From a virus: a DNA stretch of 27,009 nt. Location: UHGV virus genome UHGV-1355560. One strand, 5' to 3'. A program made the position numbers and the translations under genes. A model generated the notes under the pieces. That model did not search any database. It saw nothing but the letters and a program-made list of their open reading frames with translations, and was not told the origin of the DNA. Shown here in pieces: positions 17,465 through 27,009 of this stretch; positions within the stretch are counted from its first letter, which is position 1, and each line of letters begins with the position of its first letter.

Positions 17465-20400
17465 ATGGCGCTGTATCCAATAAAGTCACTAGGTGCTGTA
17501 GGCGTTATCGCTGATCAGGCTCCGACAGACTTAGCTCCTAATGCTTTCACTAATGCTATAAATGCTCGATTTGTTGAGCAGAGAGTATTTAAGACGGGGG
17601 GCAATGCCCCTCTTTCTTATGTAGATGAAGATAAGGATTTAACCCCTCTGTCTTTCGTTTCTATGCCTTTCGATTATTATAGCGCAGGTAATAGCTTTCT
17701 TGTTGTAGGTACTAATAAGAAGTTATATAAACTGACAGATGAAAGCTTGACTGATATTAGCCGTAAGGTTGCTACAGTCACTAAGAAGGCTTCTGCCTCA
17801 ATTAAGATTTATCCAGTTGTTTCTCAGATCGTTCCTAAAGAATCAACTATCTCAATGAACTTCAATCAGACCAAGAATCTAGAGGTTTCTCTTCTCCCTG
17901 CTGATGCTAACAATACCGATCTTATTTGGGAGGTTAGTAACTCATCCTATGGAAGTATTACGGTAGACCCTAGTGACTCTAAACTTGCTACTCTAACATC
18001 TTTTGAGAAAGAGGGTAATCTTGTAGTAACTATCTCTACTGCCAATGAATCCGTAGTGGCTCAGATTGCTGTTAATATTATCGATGGCGATTCAGGCATC
18101 TTCTTGAGTCAAGACACTGTTACAATTCGTAAAGGAGGGACTACTACTCTCACGGCTGTTACTGGCAAGACTCCTGTAACTTGGTCCAGCAATAACGCTT
18201 CTATTGTATCTGTAACCCCTAATGCCAACTCTTTAACTGCTGTCATTACAGCGAATGGAGAAGGTAATGTAACAATCACTGCTGATAACGGGACTAAGAC
18301 TGCTTCTTGTGAGATTGTTTCTATCCCTCAGATTGATAGTATCTCTTTAAGCCAGTCAGATGTTACTGTGAGTAGAGGTTCTCAGTATATTTTAACTGCC
18401 ACCCTTTCTCCTGCTAACGCCCCTAATCAAAACATTACTTGGACCTCTTCTAACCCAAATATTGCAACAGTATCAGGGACTAGCACACAAGGGACGATCA
18501 ACGCTCTGCTTGCTGGTTTTACTGAGATTACAGCTACCACTGAAGAAGGTAACAGAGTTGCTGTCTGTACTGTACGTGTGGATTTAGCTGGAAGGACAAT
18601 GAGAACAAGTGCTATGGCATTTGCCGCTCCTGTGTCAGAGTCAGTAGAAACTCAAGAGGAAGAAGTAGTAACTCCTCCTGAAAGTGAAGAGACGGTTTAT
18701 TTTGCTGAGCCTACATCCGGTATTGATACGTCAGGGATGTATGAAGGTAACAACTTCTACGACTACTCTAACGTGAATGACATTGAAGGTTTTGCAAGAG
18801 CTTCTTTACTGGCAACCCCTTTGTCGTCTGTAACCTTAGATATTGTCAGCGCCTCCCTTGATGTTGGTGAAGAGATTGTCATTACAGCCACAGCTTCTCC
18901 AGAAGGTGAGTACTCTTATCAGTGGTCTGTTGATAAAACTGGTTATGTTTCTACAACTTCAGTTACTGGTAAATCTATCAAACTGGTTGCTCTTCGTAAA
19001 GGAGAGATTAACGTAACATGTACTGTCAGCCAGATGACTCAGAAAGATTATGATGCTTTTGATGACTACCCTTGGTATCACGCTGTTATCTCTAACTGTG
19101 CAGTTGCTACAACTCACTATGAAACTCCTCAGGTAAAAGAATTCGAATCAGAATACTTTGTAGACCTCCCGGGGTGGGGTGAGCAAACAGTTGTTGATAA
19201 TGATGGAAACCCTTCAGTCAAGAAGTTTAACTGGAAATGTGAGAGAGTGAGATCTTTTAACAACCGTCTTTTTGCTCTGAATATGAGAGAGGCTAATGCT
19301 TCTGGTGTTACCACTAACTATCCGCTTCGTCTTCGTTGGTCTAACTTTGCCAATGAGAACAAGGCTCCTACACTGTGGGATGACTTTGCCTATGATCGAG
19401 TTGTGTCTTCGGACTTAGCTTCTAACATCGTAGGGCAGACTCAGGCTCTAGAGAATGGGTATGCTGGTTACATCGACTTAGCAGATTCTAATGGTAGCTT
19501 GATTGATATCCTACCTCTTAAAGACTACTTGTTTGTTTATACAGAGTTTGAAACGTATATTGGTTCTCCGACTAATAACACATACCAACCTCTGATGTTC
19601 AAGAAGCTCTTTAACGACTCTGGTATCCTTGCTCCCGAGTGTGTGGTTGAAGTAGAAGGCAGTCACTTCGTAGTTACTCAGAACGATGTAATCTTACACA
19701 ATGGCGCAACCAAGAAGTCAATTGCATCTAACCGTGTCAAGAACATGCTGATTAACGAGGTGTGTCTGGTTAATCCTCTAGCAACTCGAGTACACTTGCA
19801 TCAGGATAAGAAAGAAGTTTGGGTTCTGTATGTAGGTCCGGGAGAACCAAAAGAAAGCTTCGCTTGCACCAAAGCTGCTGTATGGAATTATGAGTTTGAT
19901 ACCTGGTCTTTCCGTACTATCCCATATGCTCAGTGTATTGGTCTGGTTGATCCTCCTGTTTTAGAAAGAGGTCCAATCTGGTCTGACTTCCAAGAAATCA
20001 CTTGGGATGATCCGTCTATTAAAGAACTCGTTTGGAGAAAGGATGCAACAAACTTTAGACAGAGGGTTACGATAGTAGGTTCGTTCTTGAGGGGATTCTA
20101 TCAGGTGGATGTAGGTGCTCTTGATTATTTCTATGACAGGCTAAACGATGTTGTTATAGAGAAGCCTCTGGAAATGAGGTTGGAGAGGACTGGTATAGAT
20201 TTTGATAATGTGACGAATGAGTGGAATCAGAAGCATATTAATAGATTCCGACCTCAGACAACTGGCTCAGGTACTTACATATTTGAAGCTGGTGGCAGTC
20301 AATTCTCAAATGAATATGGACACCCACATACATCTAAGACTTATACAATCGGTGTTGACAGGCATGTCTCGGTGAGACTGAACCATCCATACCTTTTCTA

Positions 20401-20482
20401 TAATGTTATAGATAATGATGTTAACAGTAATGCTGCTATCAATGGTTTGACGATAGAGTTTGCTGTTGGCGGGCGGAGATAA
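17465..20482 (+). CDS. Large virion structural protein (1005 aa) containing tandem Ig-like (Big_2-type) domains; possible tail tubular, nozzle or tailspike protein
   Basis: Residues ~110-370 contain three or more repeats of the Big_2-like pattern (VTISTANESVVAQIAVNII, VTITADNGTKTASCEIV, TEITATTEEGNRVAVCTVRV). Strong SD. Confidence 0.65.
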   Translation: MALYPIKSLGAVGVIADQAPTDLAPNAFTNAINARFVEQRVFKTGGNAPLSYVDEDKDLTPLSFVSMPFDYYSAGNSFLVVGTNKKLYKLTDESLTDISRKVATVTKKASASIKIYPVVSQIVPKESTISMNFNQTKNLEVSLLPADANNTDLIWEVSNSSYGSITVDPSDSKLATLTSFEKEGNLVVTISTANESVVAQIAVNIIDGDSGIFLSQDTVTIRKGGTTTLTAVTGKTPVTWSSNNASIVSVTPNANSLTAVITANGEGNVTITADNGTKTASCEIVSIPQIDSISLSQSDVTVSRGSQYILTATLSPANAPNQNITWTSSNPNIATVSGTSTQGTINALLAGFTEITATTEEGNRVAVCTVRVDLAGRTMRTSAMAFAAPVSESVETQEEEVVTPPESEETVYFAEPTSGIDTSGMYEGNNFYDYSNVNDIEGFARASLLATPLSSVTLDIVSASLDVGEEIVITATASPEGEYSYQWSVDKTGYVSTTSVTGKSIKLVALRKGEINVTCTVSQMTQKDYDAFDDYPWYHAVISNCAVATTHYETPQVKEFESEYFVDLPGWGEQTVVDNDGNPSVKKFNWKCERVRSFNNRLFALNMREANASGVTTNYPLRLRWSNFANENKAPTLWDDFAYDRVVSSDLASNIVGQTQALENGYAGYIDLADSNGSLIDILPLKDYLFVYTEFETYIGSPTNNTYQPLMFKKLFNDSGILAPECVVEVEGSHFVVTQNDVILHNGATKKSIASNRVKNMLINEVCLVNPLATRVHLHQDKKEVWVLYVGPGEPKESFACTKAAVWNYEFDTWSFRTIPYAQCIGLVDPPVLERGPIWSDFQEITWDDPSIKELVWRKDATNFRQRVTIVGSFLRGFYQVDVGALDYFYDRLNDVVIEKPLEMRLERTGIDFDNVTNEWNQKHINRFRPQTTGSGTYIFEAGGSQFSNEYGHPHTSKTYTIGVDRHVSVRLNHPYLFYNVIDNDVNSNAAINGLTIEFAVGGRR

Positions 20483-20486
20483 CAAC

Positions 20487-20515
20487 AAGGGGCTTCGTGC
20501 CCCTTTTATTGTTTT
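20487..20515 (+). terminator. Rho-independent terminator (AAGGGGC-TTCGT-GCCCCTT followed by a T-rich tract)
   Basis: 7-bp stem and T-rich tail (TTATTGTTTT), immediately followed by GGAGG and an ATG at 20526. Confidence 0.65.
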
Positions 20516-20525
20516 GGAGGAACTT

Positions 20526-21494
20526 ATGGGTGCAGGTGGTTTTCGTAAGAATACTGGTCGCAACAATACCACACTCCCGTACAACGTTGGGTTTCTCAAT
20601 AATGTACAGGACACAGAAACATATAACGTAGCCGTATATGATGAGCTACAAAAAGTCAGTACAGCTACTAACCAAATGTTCCAAGCTATAGATGAAATTC
20701 ACGAAGAGATTGATGTTCGTATTAAAGCTCTTAATGCAATGAATCTACAATTTGATGAGCTTGAGAATAGAATTACTACAGAGATAGAAACAGCTATTGC
20801 AGATATCCAAACCCAGATGGGGAACCTGTCCACTGAGGATATTTGGGATAATTCTGTTCAACCTCCTGTGAAGCTGGAAAGCACTGTATCTGGTTTTAAG
20901 ACTAGCATCGAAGGTAACACAACTAAGATTCAGACAGTAGAAGGTATTGTTAACGATCAAGGTCAAGAGATTGCTCTTGTTCAGACAGAACTGCAAAATA
21001 TCAACGGAAGCCTTTCTCAGTATATGAAACTCTCTGAGTATGAAGCTACGTGGGGTGTTAACTCTACAGTCAACGGAAGATATGCTGGGGTCAAGTTAAC
21101 TAACAACGGAACAAACAGTCAATTCCAAGTAACAGCTAACAAATTTATTGTTGGTGATGGCAGCTCTGGGAATACTCCCTTCGTATTTGAGGGTGGGCGA
21201 GCTAGGATGGAATTCGCTGATATAAAGAATGTCAATATCACAACAGCTCAGATTGCTAACGCTAGAATCCAATGGGCACAGATTGATAACGTATCCATCT
21301 CCAACGCCCAGATTCAGAACTTGTCAGCGGATAAGATTACTGCTGGTTCTATGTGGGGTTCTAACTGGAGACTTACTGTTGGTGGTGACTTTGTTATGGG
21401 TGGTACAGGTGGAGCGCAGTTGTGGATGAATGGTAACAGAATAGACTTCTATGATGGAAGTGGTGCTCTTAGAATCAGGATAGGGAGTTGGTAA
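20526..21494 (+). CDS. Structural protein (~322 aa): N-terminal coiled-coil followed by a C-terminal short-repeat beta-type region; putative tail fibre or host-specificity component
   Basis: The ORF-track start at 20460 overlaps the previous gene and the terminator. The ATG at 20526 is in the same frame with a GGAGG SD 5 nt upstream, so it is the more likely start. C-terminal repeats such as AQIANARIQWAQIDNVSISNAQIQNLSADKI. Confidence 0.6.
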   Translation: MGAGGFRKNTGRNNTTLPYNVGFLNNVQDTETYNVAVYDELQKVSTATNQMFQAIDEIHEEIDVRIKALNAMNLQFDELENRITTEIETAIADIQTQMGNLSTEDIWDNSVQPPVKLESTVSGFKTSIEGNTTKIQTVEGIVNDQGQEIALVQTELQNINGSLSQYMKLSEYEATWGVNSTVNGRYAGVKLTNNGTNSQFQVTANKFIVGDGSSGNTPFVFEGGRARMEFADIKNVNITTAQIANARIQWAQIDNVSISNAQIQNLSADKITAGSMWGSNWRLTVGGDFVMGGTGGAQLWMNGNRIDFYDGSGALRIRIGSW

Positions 21495-21495
21495 T

Positions 21496-22527
21496 ATGGC
21501 ATATGGAATATGGACACAACCAGTAGGGCCGGGGCCAGCAACCCCCGCTCCCTTATTTATTGATAGCGGAAGTACTTTCCCTCAGTTCAAGAATAGTATA
21601 AGAGGGAGTTTTAACTTTAATGGAGCTGGGAGATCTTTCCCTATTAGTGGATGGGATGGCAGTGGTCAGATAGTTATTGTTCCCACCGGTTCTTTATGCT
21701 GGCAATGGGAAGTCCCTCCTAACCTAGTTCCTGATGTTTATTGTGTGAATAATATCTACGTAGAAAACAGTTCCTCTTTTAGAGTTACTCTGAATCAGAA
21801 CCCCGGCAGTAACCCCTTATTTGACTGTGGGTTCAACGTATATCAAATATGGCCTAGAGCGGATAGGAATTACGGAATTACCTTTTCTAATACAGCAGAC
21901 TACTTCTCGATATCTGATAGTGGGGTCGTCGGTCAATGTATTTGGGCTTGGCAGGGGACCATAAACAATGCCCTTCAGATACCAAATATCGGTGGGTTCA
22001 ATATGACCAATGCTGTTGTGTTTGCTAATTGGTCTGATGGAGGGATAGGACTATCTTATACTTCTGATGACAGGGTTATTCGTGTTTATCAGAACAGACC
22101 TTACATAAACGGCAACACTAATGAGGGTGGTTCTGTGTTTGCTAGAATTGCAGTATTCTGCAATGGAGCAGGAGTTCCGGAACATAACGGAGGTTTGAAT
22201 ATTTACTCTCCGGGTACCACGCAATGTGTCTTCTCTACTAATAGAACACCTTTCACTGTGGATACTTTTATAGGCTCAGGAGGTGGTAACACTGGAATGT
22301 CATACCCTATGATACCTCTTACCTCTGGAATAGGTGCGATAAAAGGCCAAGGCAGTGGATGGAGGTATCAGCAAATGAGATCTCACACAATGAGTGGTTC
22401 TAGCATAGGAACTGGTTATGGAAGATATCTATTTCAATGGGATCAAAATTACGACCTAGGAGCTGATACTGTAGTTAATTTATCAGTTCCTGTAATAAAT
22501 GCAGCTAAGGTTTTTGCTGGACTATAA
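21496..22527 (+). CDS. Hypothetical virion protein (343 aa), Gly/Asn/Trp-rich, probably beta-rich
   Basis: Tightly coupled to the preceding gene (TAATATG) with an SD present. No recognisable motif. Confidence 0.5.
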   Translation: MAYGIWTQPVGPGPATPAPLFIDSGSTFPQFKNSIRGSFNFNGAGRSFPISGWDGSGQIVIVPTGSLCWQWEVPPNLVPDVYCVNNIYVENSSSFRVTLNQNPGSNPLFDCGFNVYQIWPRADRNYGITFSNTADYFSISDSGVVGQCIWAWQGTINNALQIPNIGGFNMTNAVVFANWSDGGIGLSYTSDDRVIRVYQNRPYINGNTNEGGSVFARIAVFCNGAGVPEHNGGLNIYSPGTTQCVFSTNRTPFTVDTFIGSGGGNTGMSYPMIPLTSGIGAIKGQGSGWRYQQMRSHTMSGSSIGTGYGRYLFQWDQNYDLGADTVVNLSVPVINAAKVFAGL

Positions 22528-22539
22528 CAAGGAGATATT

Positions 22540-23322
22540 ATGGCAATTAAAATGGGTATTGAAGAACTAGACCCAATGGTTCAACAGGCTTCAAAGAAGT
22601 ATGGGATTCCTGCTGCTTTGATTCATGCTGTAATCCAAAGAGAGTCTAGTGGTCGTCCTACGGTAGCCTCTGGAACTGGTCCTGTAGGTTTAATGCAGAT
22701 CAGTAAAGGGTTGGCTAAAGACTACGGTTACAAACTAGAAGACAGACTTGACCCAGCAAAGAATATTGATATGGGTGCTCGTTATATTAGAGATAACTTA
22801 AAGGCTTTTAATGGTGATGTTAAGAAAGCAATGGTTGGTTATTCAGAAGGTATAGGTGGAGCTAAGCAAATGTTTGCCGGTAAAAAGGGATTTACACCTC
22901 AAGCCCTTGACTCAATGAACAACAAACACTTTCTTCCTTTCTATGATGATGCAGCTTCTCAGATTGCTAACCCTATTGGAGCTTTGCAAGCTGTTCAACC
23001 AGTCAATCAGTTTAGTCCGGATACTCTTGATAGGGAGAAGGCTGCTCAAGCCCCAACTCAGGCAGAAATTACTGCTTCTAAGACTGGTGCTTTAGGTGGC
23101 AATCCAGTAGAGTTTTACTCTGATGAAGTGCAGGAAGGAGAAAACCAGAAGCCTCAACAGAACTTTGGTAATGCAGTATTAGGGGTAGCTGCTATGCTTG
23201 CCGGTAAACCTCCTACTTCTCAAACAGTTCAGAGGGCAAGTGCACCACATGCAGCAGGTTCTCAGTACAGTCCACAAACACAAGCAGTGCTCAGACGTTT
23301 AGCTAGCATTGGTGTAAAGTAA
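22540..23322 (+). CDS. Lytic transglycosylase (SLT domain) protein, probable internal virion or ejection-associated muralytic enzyme
   Basis: Motif AVIQRESSGRPTVASGTGPVGLMQI matches the family-1 lytic transglycosylase signature (catalytic Glu-Ser ... GLMQ). Confidence 0.8.
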   Translation: MAIKMGIEELDPMVQQASKKYGIPAALIHAVIQRESSGRPTVASGTGPVGLMQISKGLAKDYGYKLEDRLDPAKNIDMGARYIRDNLKAFNGDVKKAMVGYSEGIGGAKQMFAGKKGFTPQALDSMNNKHFLPFYDDAASQIANPIGALQAVQPVNQFSPDTLDREKAAQAPTQAEITASKTGALGGNPVEFYSDEVQEGENQKPQQNFGNAVLGVAAMLAGKPPTSQTVQRASAPHAAGSQYSPQTQAVLRRLASIGVK

Positions 23323-23341
23323 TAATCTTTAAGGAGGACTT

Positions 23342-24394
23342 ATGTCTTTATTTGGAAAATCAGCTTCTAGCAAAACCACAGTGGCCCCTTCCTCTCAGGT
23401 TGATGCCCTGCTGAAGCAGATTGTTGCTAATGCTCAGAATATGCAGAACAACGATCCGGGATTCATCTCCCAACAGCTGGCTGGGTTTAATGGCAACCAA
23501 CAAGGTGCTCTGAACAACTTAGCAGCTTCTACTACTCAGAAGCAATTGGCTGATATGTACACGCCTCGTACACAGCAAGGGTTGGACCAATTAAACTCTC
23601 TTGCACAGCAGTATCAGAATATTGTCAATGGTGGTGGTCTAACTGCTGATGGTGTTAATAACTTCAGTAAAGGATTGAATAACTCAGCTCTTGCTCAAGC
23701 GACTAGTAAGGCAGCTTCCAATGTATCCCTCGGAAATGGTTCTGACTCTGGTTCTCTTCGTAGGGCTGCGGCTCAAGGGGCTGCTTTGAACAGTGCTAAT
23801 ACAAACTTAGCCCGTACTATCAGTGGCAAGAATATGGGAATCAGTGCTCTCCAACAAGACCAAAACTTTCAGAGGGGTTTACTTGGTGCTCAGTCAGGAT
23901 TGGCTGGACAGAATCTCAACCTTGGTGCTCAAGGTGTTCAGGCAACTCAACAAGCTATCCAGAATCAACTCATGGCTGGTAATCTACAACAGCAACAAGC
24001 CCAAGCTCAAGCTGATATTAATTGGCAGAACGCTATTGGCTCTCAACAGTATGGGTGGAATCAGCTTAACAATCAGCTTAATGTATTAAACAGTGTAAGT
24101 CCAATGGCTGGGTACACGATTAAGAATGCTGCTCCGGGAGTCAATACTGGACAACAGCTCCTAGGTGCTGGTATCACTGGTTTAGGTATTGCAGGTCGTA
24201 TGGGTGCTTTCTCTCCTAACCAACAGACTCAGAATGCTTGGAGTTCCTATAACAACTCAGGTGGGCAATCTGGAATGGCTGGACCTATGATTGGAGGTTC
24301 TAATCTTTCTCAACAGAGAGGTCAGTCTAACTGGTTATCCACAGCAGGTAGTAATATCTTAGGTGGTGTCTTAGGGGCATTTGGAGTAAACTAA
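23342..24394 (+). CDS. Q/N/G/A-rich low-complexity protein (350 aa) with a glycine-zipper-like C-terminus; putative internal virion or ejection protein
   Basis: Strong SD. N-terminus MSLFGK...; the end SNILGGVLGAFGVN carries GxxxG-type spacing. Paralog of the next gene. Confidence 0.55.
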   Translation: MSLFGKSASSKTTVAPSSQVDALLKQIVANAQNMQNNDPGFISQQLAGFNGNQQGALNNLAASTTQKQLADMYTPRTQQGLDQLNSLAQQYQNIVNGGGLTADGVNNFSKGLNNSALAQATSKAASNVSLGNGSDSGSLRRAAAQGAALNSANTNLARTISGKNMGISALQQDQNFQRGLLGAQSGLAGQNLNLGAQGVQATQQAIQNQLMAGNLQQQQAQAQADINWQNAIGSQQYGWNQLNNQLNVLNSVSPMAGYTIKNAAPGVNTGQQLLGAGITGLGIAGRMGAFSPNQQTQNAWSSYNNSGGQSGMAGPMIGGSNLSQQRGQSNWLSTAGSNILGGVLGAFGVN

Positions 24395-24406
24395 AGGAGA
24401 TTTGAT

Positions 24407-25375
24407 ATGGGACTTTTCGGAGGAGGGGGTAGTAAAACTACTTCCCAAATGATTCGCCCTGAATATATTCAACAGTATATTGACCAGCTTAACCAGCAGA
24501 TTGGTAATACTAGTTCAGGGGATTATGTCTATCGTGACAACGTAGGATTTAATAACAACCAGACAGAAGCCCTTAATAATTTGGCTCAATCCGGTGCTTT
24601 AGGGACTCTCTCGCAGCAATATATGGATGCAGCAGGTCAAGGGTTGGGTTATCTGGATAATGCCTATAAAGGCTACCAGAGCCTCTCTGGACAAGGTGGG
24701 ATTACTGGAGAACAGATTGGTGCTCTCGCTGGTCAACTGTATGACGATGATGCTGTGCAAGCAGCCATTACCGCTAATAATGAACAGGTTCAACAGAACT
24801 TGGCACGTAATGCTCTTCCTCAATTAGCTCAACAGTTTGCTGGTCAGCAAGGTTCAGGTGCTCGTATGGCTAAATCTTTTGCCCAAGGTGATGCTCTGAA
24901 TCAGATGCAAGGCCAAGCAACAGATATTACCAACAGTGCCTATAACTCGGCTATTAGCCAAGCTGAAAGCATCCTCTCTGGTAATAGACAGAATCAAGCA
25001 GCTGCTCTCTCAGGTCTTTCTAATATTGGTTCTAACCTTTCTAACCTAGGTCAGCAGGGTGCTAATTTGTCTCAACAGCAAATAATGAATCAATGGAATG
25101 CAGGATTGCAGCAACAACAGCAACAACAGAATGAATATGATAATGCCTACCAGAATGCTCAGAACGCAGCTAATTGGGGATGGCAAGATATCAATAACCA
25201 ACTCGGTGCAGCAGGTGTACTTAACGGTGCTCTCGGACAAACTACAACTACTAAAACATCTGGAGGTAGGGGTGGCTTCTTAGGAGGGGGTATGAGTGGT
25301 GCAGCAGCAGGCTCTTCCTTTGGACCTTGGGGTGCATTAGCTGGGGGTGTAATCGGTGGGTTGGCTAGTACTTAA
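24407..25375 (+). CDS. Q/N/G/A-rich low-complexity protein (322 aa), paralog of the preceding gene, with a glycine-zipper-like C-terminus
   Basis: N-terminus MGLFGGGGSKTT... parallels MSLFGKSASSKTT..., and both share ...GFN(G/N)NQ...ALNNLA.... C-terminus GPWGALAGGVIGGLAST. Confidence 0.55.
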   Translation: MGLFGGGGSKTTSQMIRPEYIQQYIDQLNQQIGNTSSGDYVYRDNVGFNNNQTEALNNLAQSGALGTLSQQYMDAAGQGLGYLDNAYKGYQSLSGQGGITGEQIGALAGQLYDDDAVQAAITANNEQVQQNLARNALPQLAQQFAGQQGSGARMAKSFAQGDALNQMQGQATDITNSAYNSAISQAESILSGNRQNQAAALSGLSNIGSNLSNLGQQGANLSQQQIMNQWNAGLQQQQQQQNEYDNAYQNAQNAANWGWQDINNQLGAAGVLNGALGQTTTTKTSGGRGGFLGGGMSGAAAGSSFGPWGALAGGVIGGLAST

Positions 25376-25388
25376 TTAGGAGACAAAT

Positions 25389-27009
25389 ATGCAACAGACA
25401 ACTTACGCTCAGGTCAGAAGTCGTGACCCGAGAAATACTTTCTATGGTGTTAATCCGGGAGCGGCTTCGGCCTCTCCTTATATGGCTAGACCAACTCAGA
25501 CAGCAGATATTTCTATGTATCAACGTCCTGCTATACCTGCTGGGCTTTCCTCTCTTGTAGGTCAAACTTCAGTAGATTATCAGAATATGTTGAATCCTGT
25601 TCAGAGTAATGGTCTTCCTTCTGATATCCCAAATGATGTACAACCTCAAGCACAACAGGCTGTAACTCTTCCTGAGTTTGAGAATCAAGAAACCATGCAA
25701 GCTGCTGGACTTTCTCCTTCTTCTATTCCTCCAGAATCAGAACCTCTTCCGGTAACACCTCCTACTAAACCGTTAGAAGCTGGTCCTATGGAGTTTACTC
25801 CTTCTCAGGTGGAACAGGCACAAGGTGTGATTAATACTCTTGCTCAAGGACAAGACGCTGGTGATGGAATGACTGCTGCTACTCGTGCTAAAGATCAGGA
25901 ACGTGTTAACAACGATATCTTGCAAGTTGCTAAAGCTAAAAATCCTTCAGAAGCTTGGAATAAACTACAGAAAGAACCTTTCTATCAGAACTCCAGTTTC
26001 TATACAGGTTTAATGGGTGTAGGTCTTTCTATCATGTCAGGTAAGTCTCCTATTGAAGCTTTCCAGATTGGTCAGGGAATGGCTAATCAAGATGAGACTA
26101 AGAAGCAACTGGAAGCTAACCGTGATGCTCTGATTGAACAAGGCTTCTCCCAAGACTCGATCGCAGCTGCTATTGCTAACGGAGACCCGTCTCTACTGAA
26201 GATGAGAGCTGTAGACCCTGCTCAGAAAGAAGCGCTGTATGCTTGCTCGTCGAAGAACGACAAAATGCTGAATGGGATAGACGTCAACAGATTCAAGAGC
26301 AAACTATGCGTGAGCGTGCTGATGAAACTCGTCGTGCCGCTGAAGAAAGAGCTAACATGAACTTTGAACGCCAGAAAGAGTTGATTGGTTATCGTGATAA
26401 GGTTAAGGCTGAACGTGCTGAACAAGCTGCTCAGAGTTTTAACTTTAACCCGAAAGAAGTTCGTCTTGCTCAGAATACAGCTGAAGGTACGGTTGCTAAG
26501 CAGTGGGCAGAGAAAGGTGGCCTGTTTAACCAGTCTAATAAAGACTTGGATTTGGCTGATAAGGCTGTTAAGGATAAAGACTATCAGACAGCTCGTTCTG
26601 CTTACATGCAGGCTATCATGAACTCCGCAAGGGCTGAAATCGGTGCTACTCGTTCTCTTACCGAAGAAGACTTGGGGCACTTTGCAGAAGACCCATCAAT
26701 CTTCGTTCGTGTTGGCAACAAGTTTGCACTGAAGTCTGGATGGCGTCCTACTGATTCTGCTCTTGCTTATGCTCGTAAGCAAGCTAACGTTGGTCATACC
26801 TCTGCAATGAAAGGTGTTGCTGATGCTAAGAGAGCTACGATTGAAGCTTACATCGGTTCTGGTATGGACAAGAAGAGGGCTACTGCATTGGTTAACCGTG
26901 CAATCCCTTCTGGTGGTTTCTATGACCCTCTAGGTGTTTTCTCTGAACAAGCAGAAGAAGCGGTTGGTGGTGCAGCAACCAATCCTAAGCTTAATGGTGC
27001 TCTATCAGC
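25389..27009 (+). CDS. Large internal-virion or ejection-like protein, 5' partial (runs off the window end), with an apparent -1 frame break near 26243
   Basis: Strong SD. Frame 3 reads well to about ...DPAQKEALYA (26243) and then becomes implausible and stops at 26360. The -1 frame is open from 26180 to the window end, giving coiled-coil-like EERQNAEWDRRQQIQEQ... Confidence 0.6.

Noticed and set aside
20460-20525. Upstream start (ATG 20460) for the 20526-21494 gene, which would overlap the preceding gene
   Set aside because: That start lies inside the previous gene and upstream of the terminator hairpin, with no SD; the in-frame ATG at 20526 has a GGAGG SD at ideal spacing.

Overview
This window looks like the late (virion structural, packaging and lysis) module of a tailed dsDNA phage, apparently podovirus-like, with every convincing gene on the + strand. 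All calls are from reading the sequence and translations by eye; no database search was run. Gene order: a non-coding leader with a tandem ~15-bp repeat array, putative small terminase, large terminase, portal, small ORF, acidic scaffold, major capsid protein, then an Ig-like repeat region reachable only by a -1 frameshift at a canonical G_GGA_AAG slippery heptamer. Downstream are a split structural gene, two tail fibres that share a central module and a C-terminal self-cleaving chaperone domain, a small membrane protein and a T4-type lysozyme, a third fibre-like protein, a 1005-aa Ig-like-domain protein, two unknown structural proteins, a lytic transglycosylase, two Q/N-rich paralogs and a large internal-virion-like protein that runs off the window. 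Most genes have strong Shine-Dalgarno sites and several are followed by GC hairpins with a UUCG loop. The most notable points are the capsid frameshift fusion to Ig-like domains, three further in-gene frame breaks (8904-8907, about 9946 and about 26243) that could be recoding, real mutations or indel errors, the leader repeat array, and the mosaic tail-fibre pair. No integrase, tRNA, CRISPR, reverse transcriptase or recognisable defence gene was seen.
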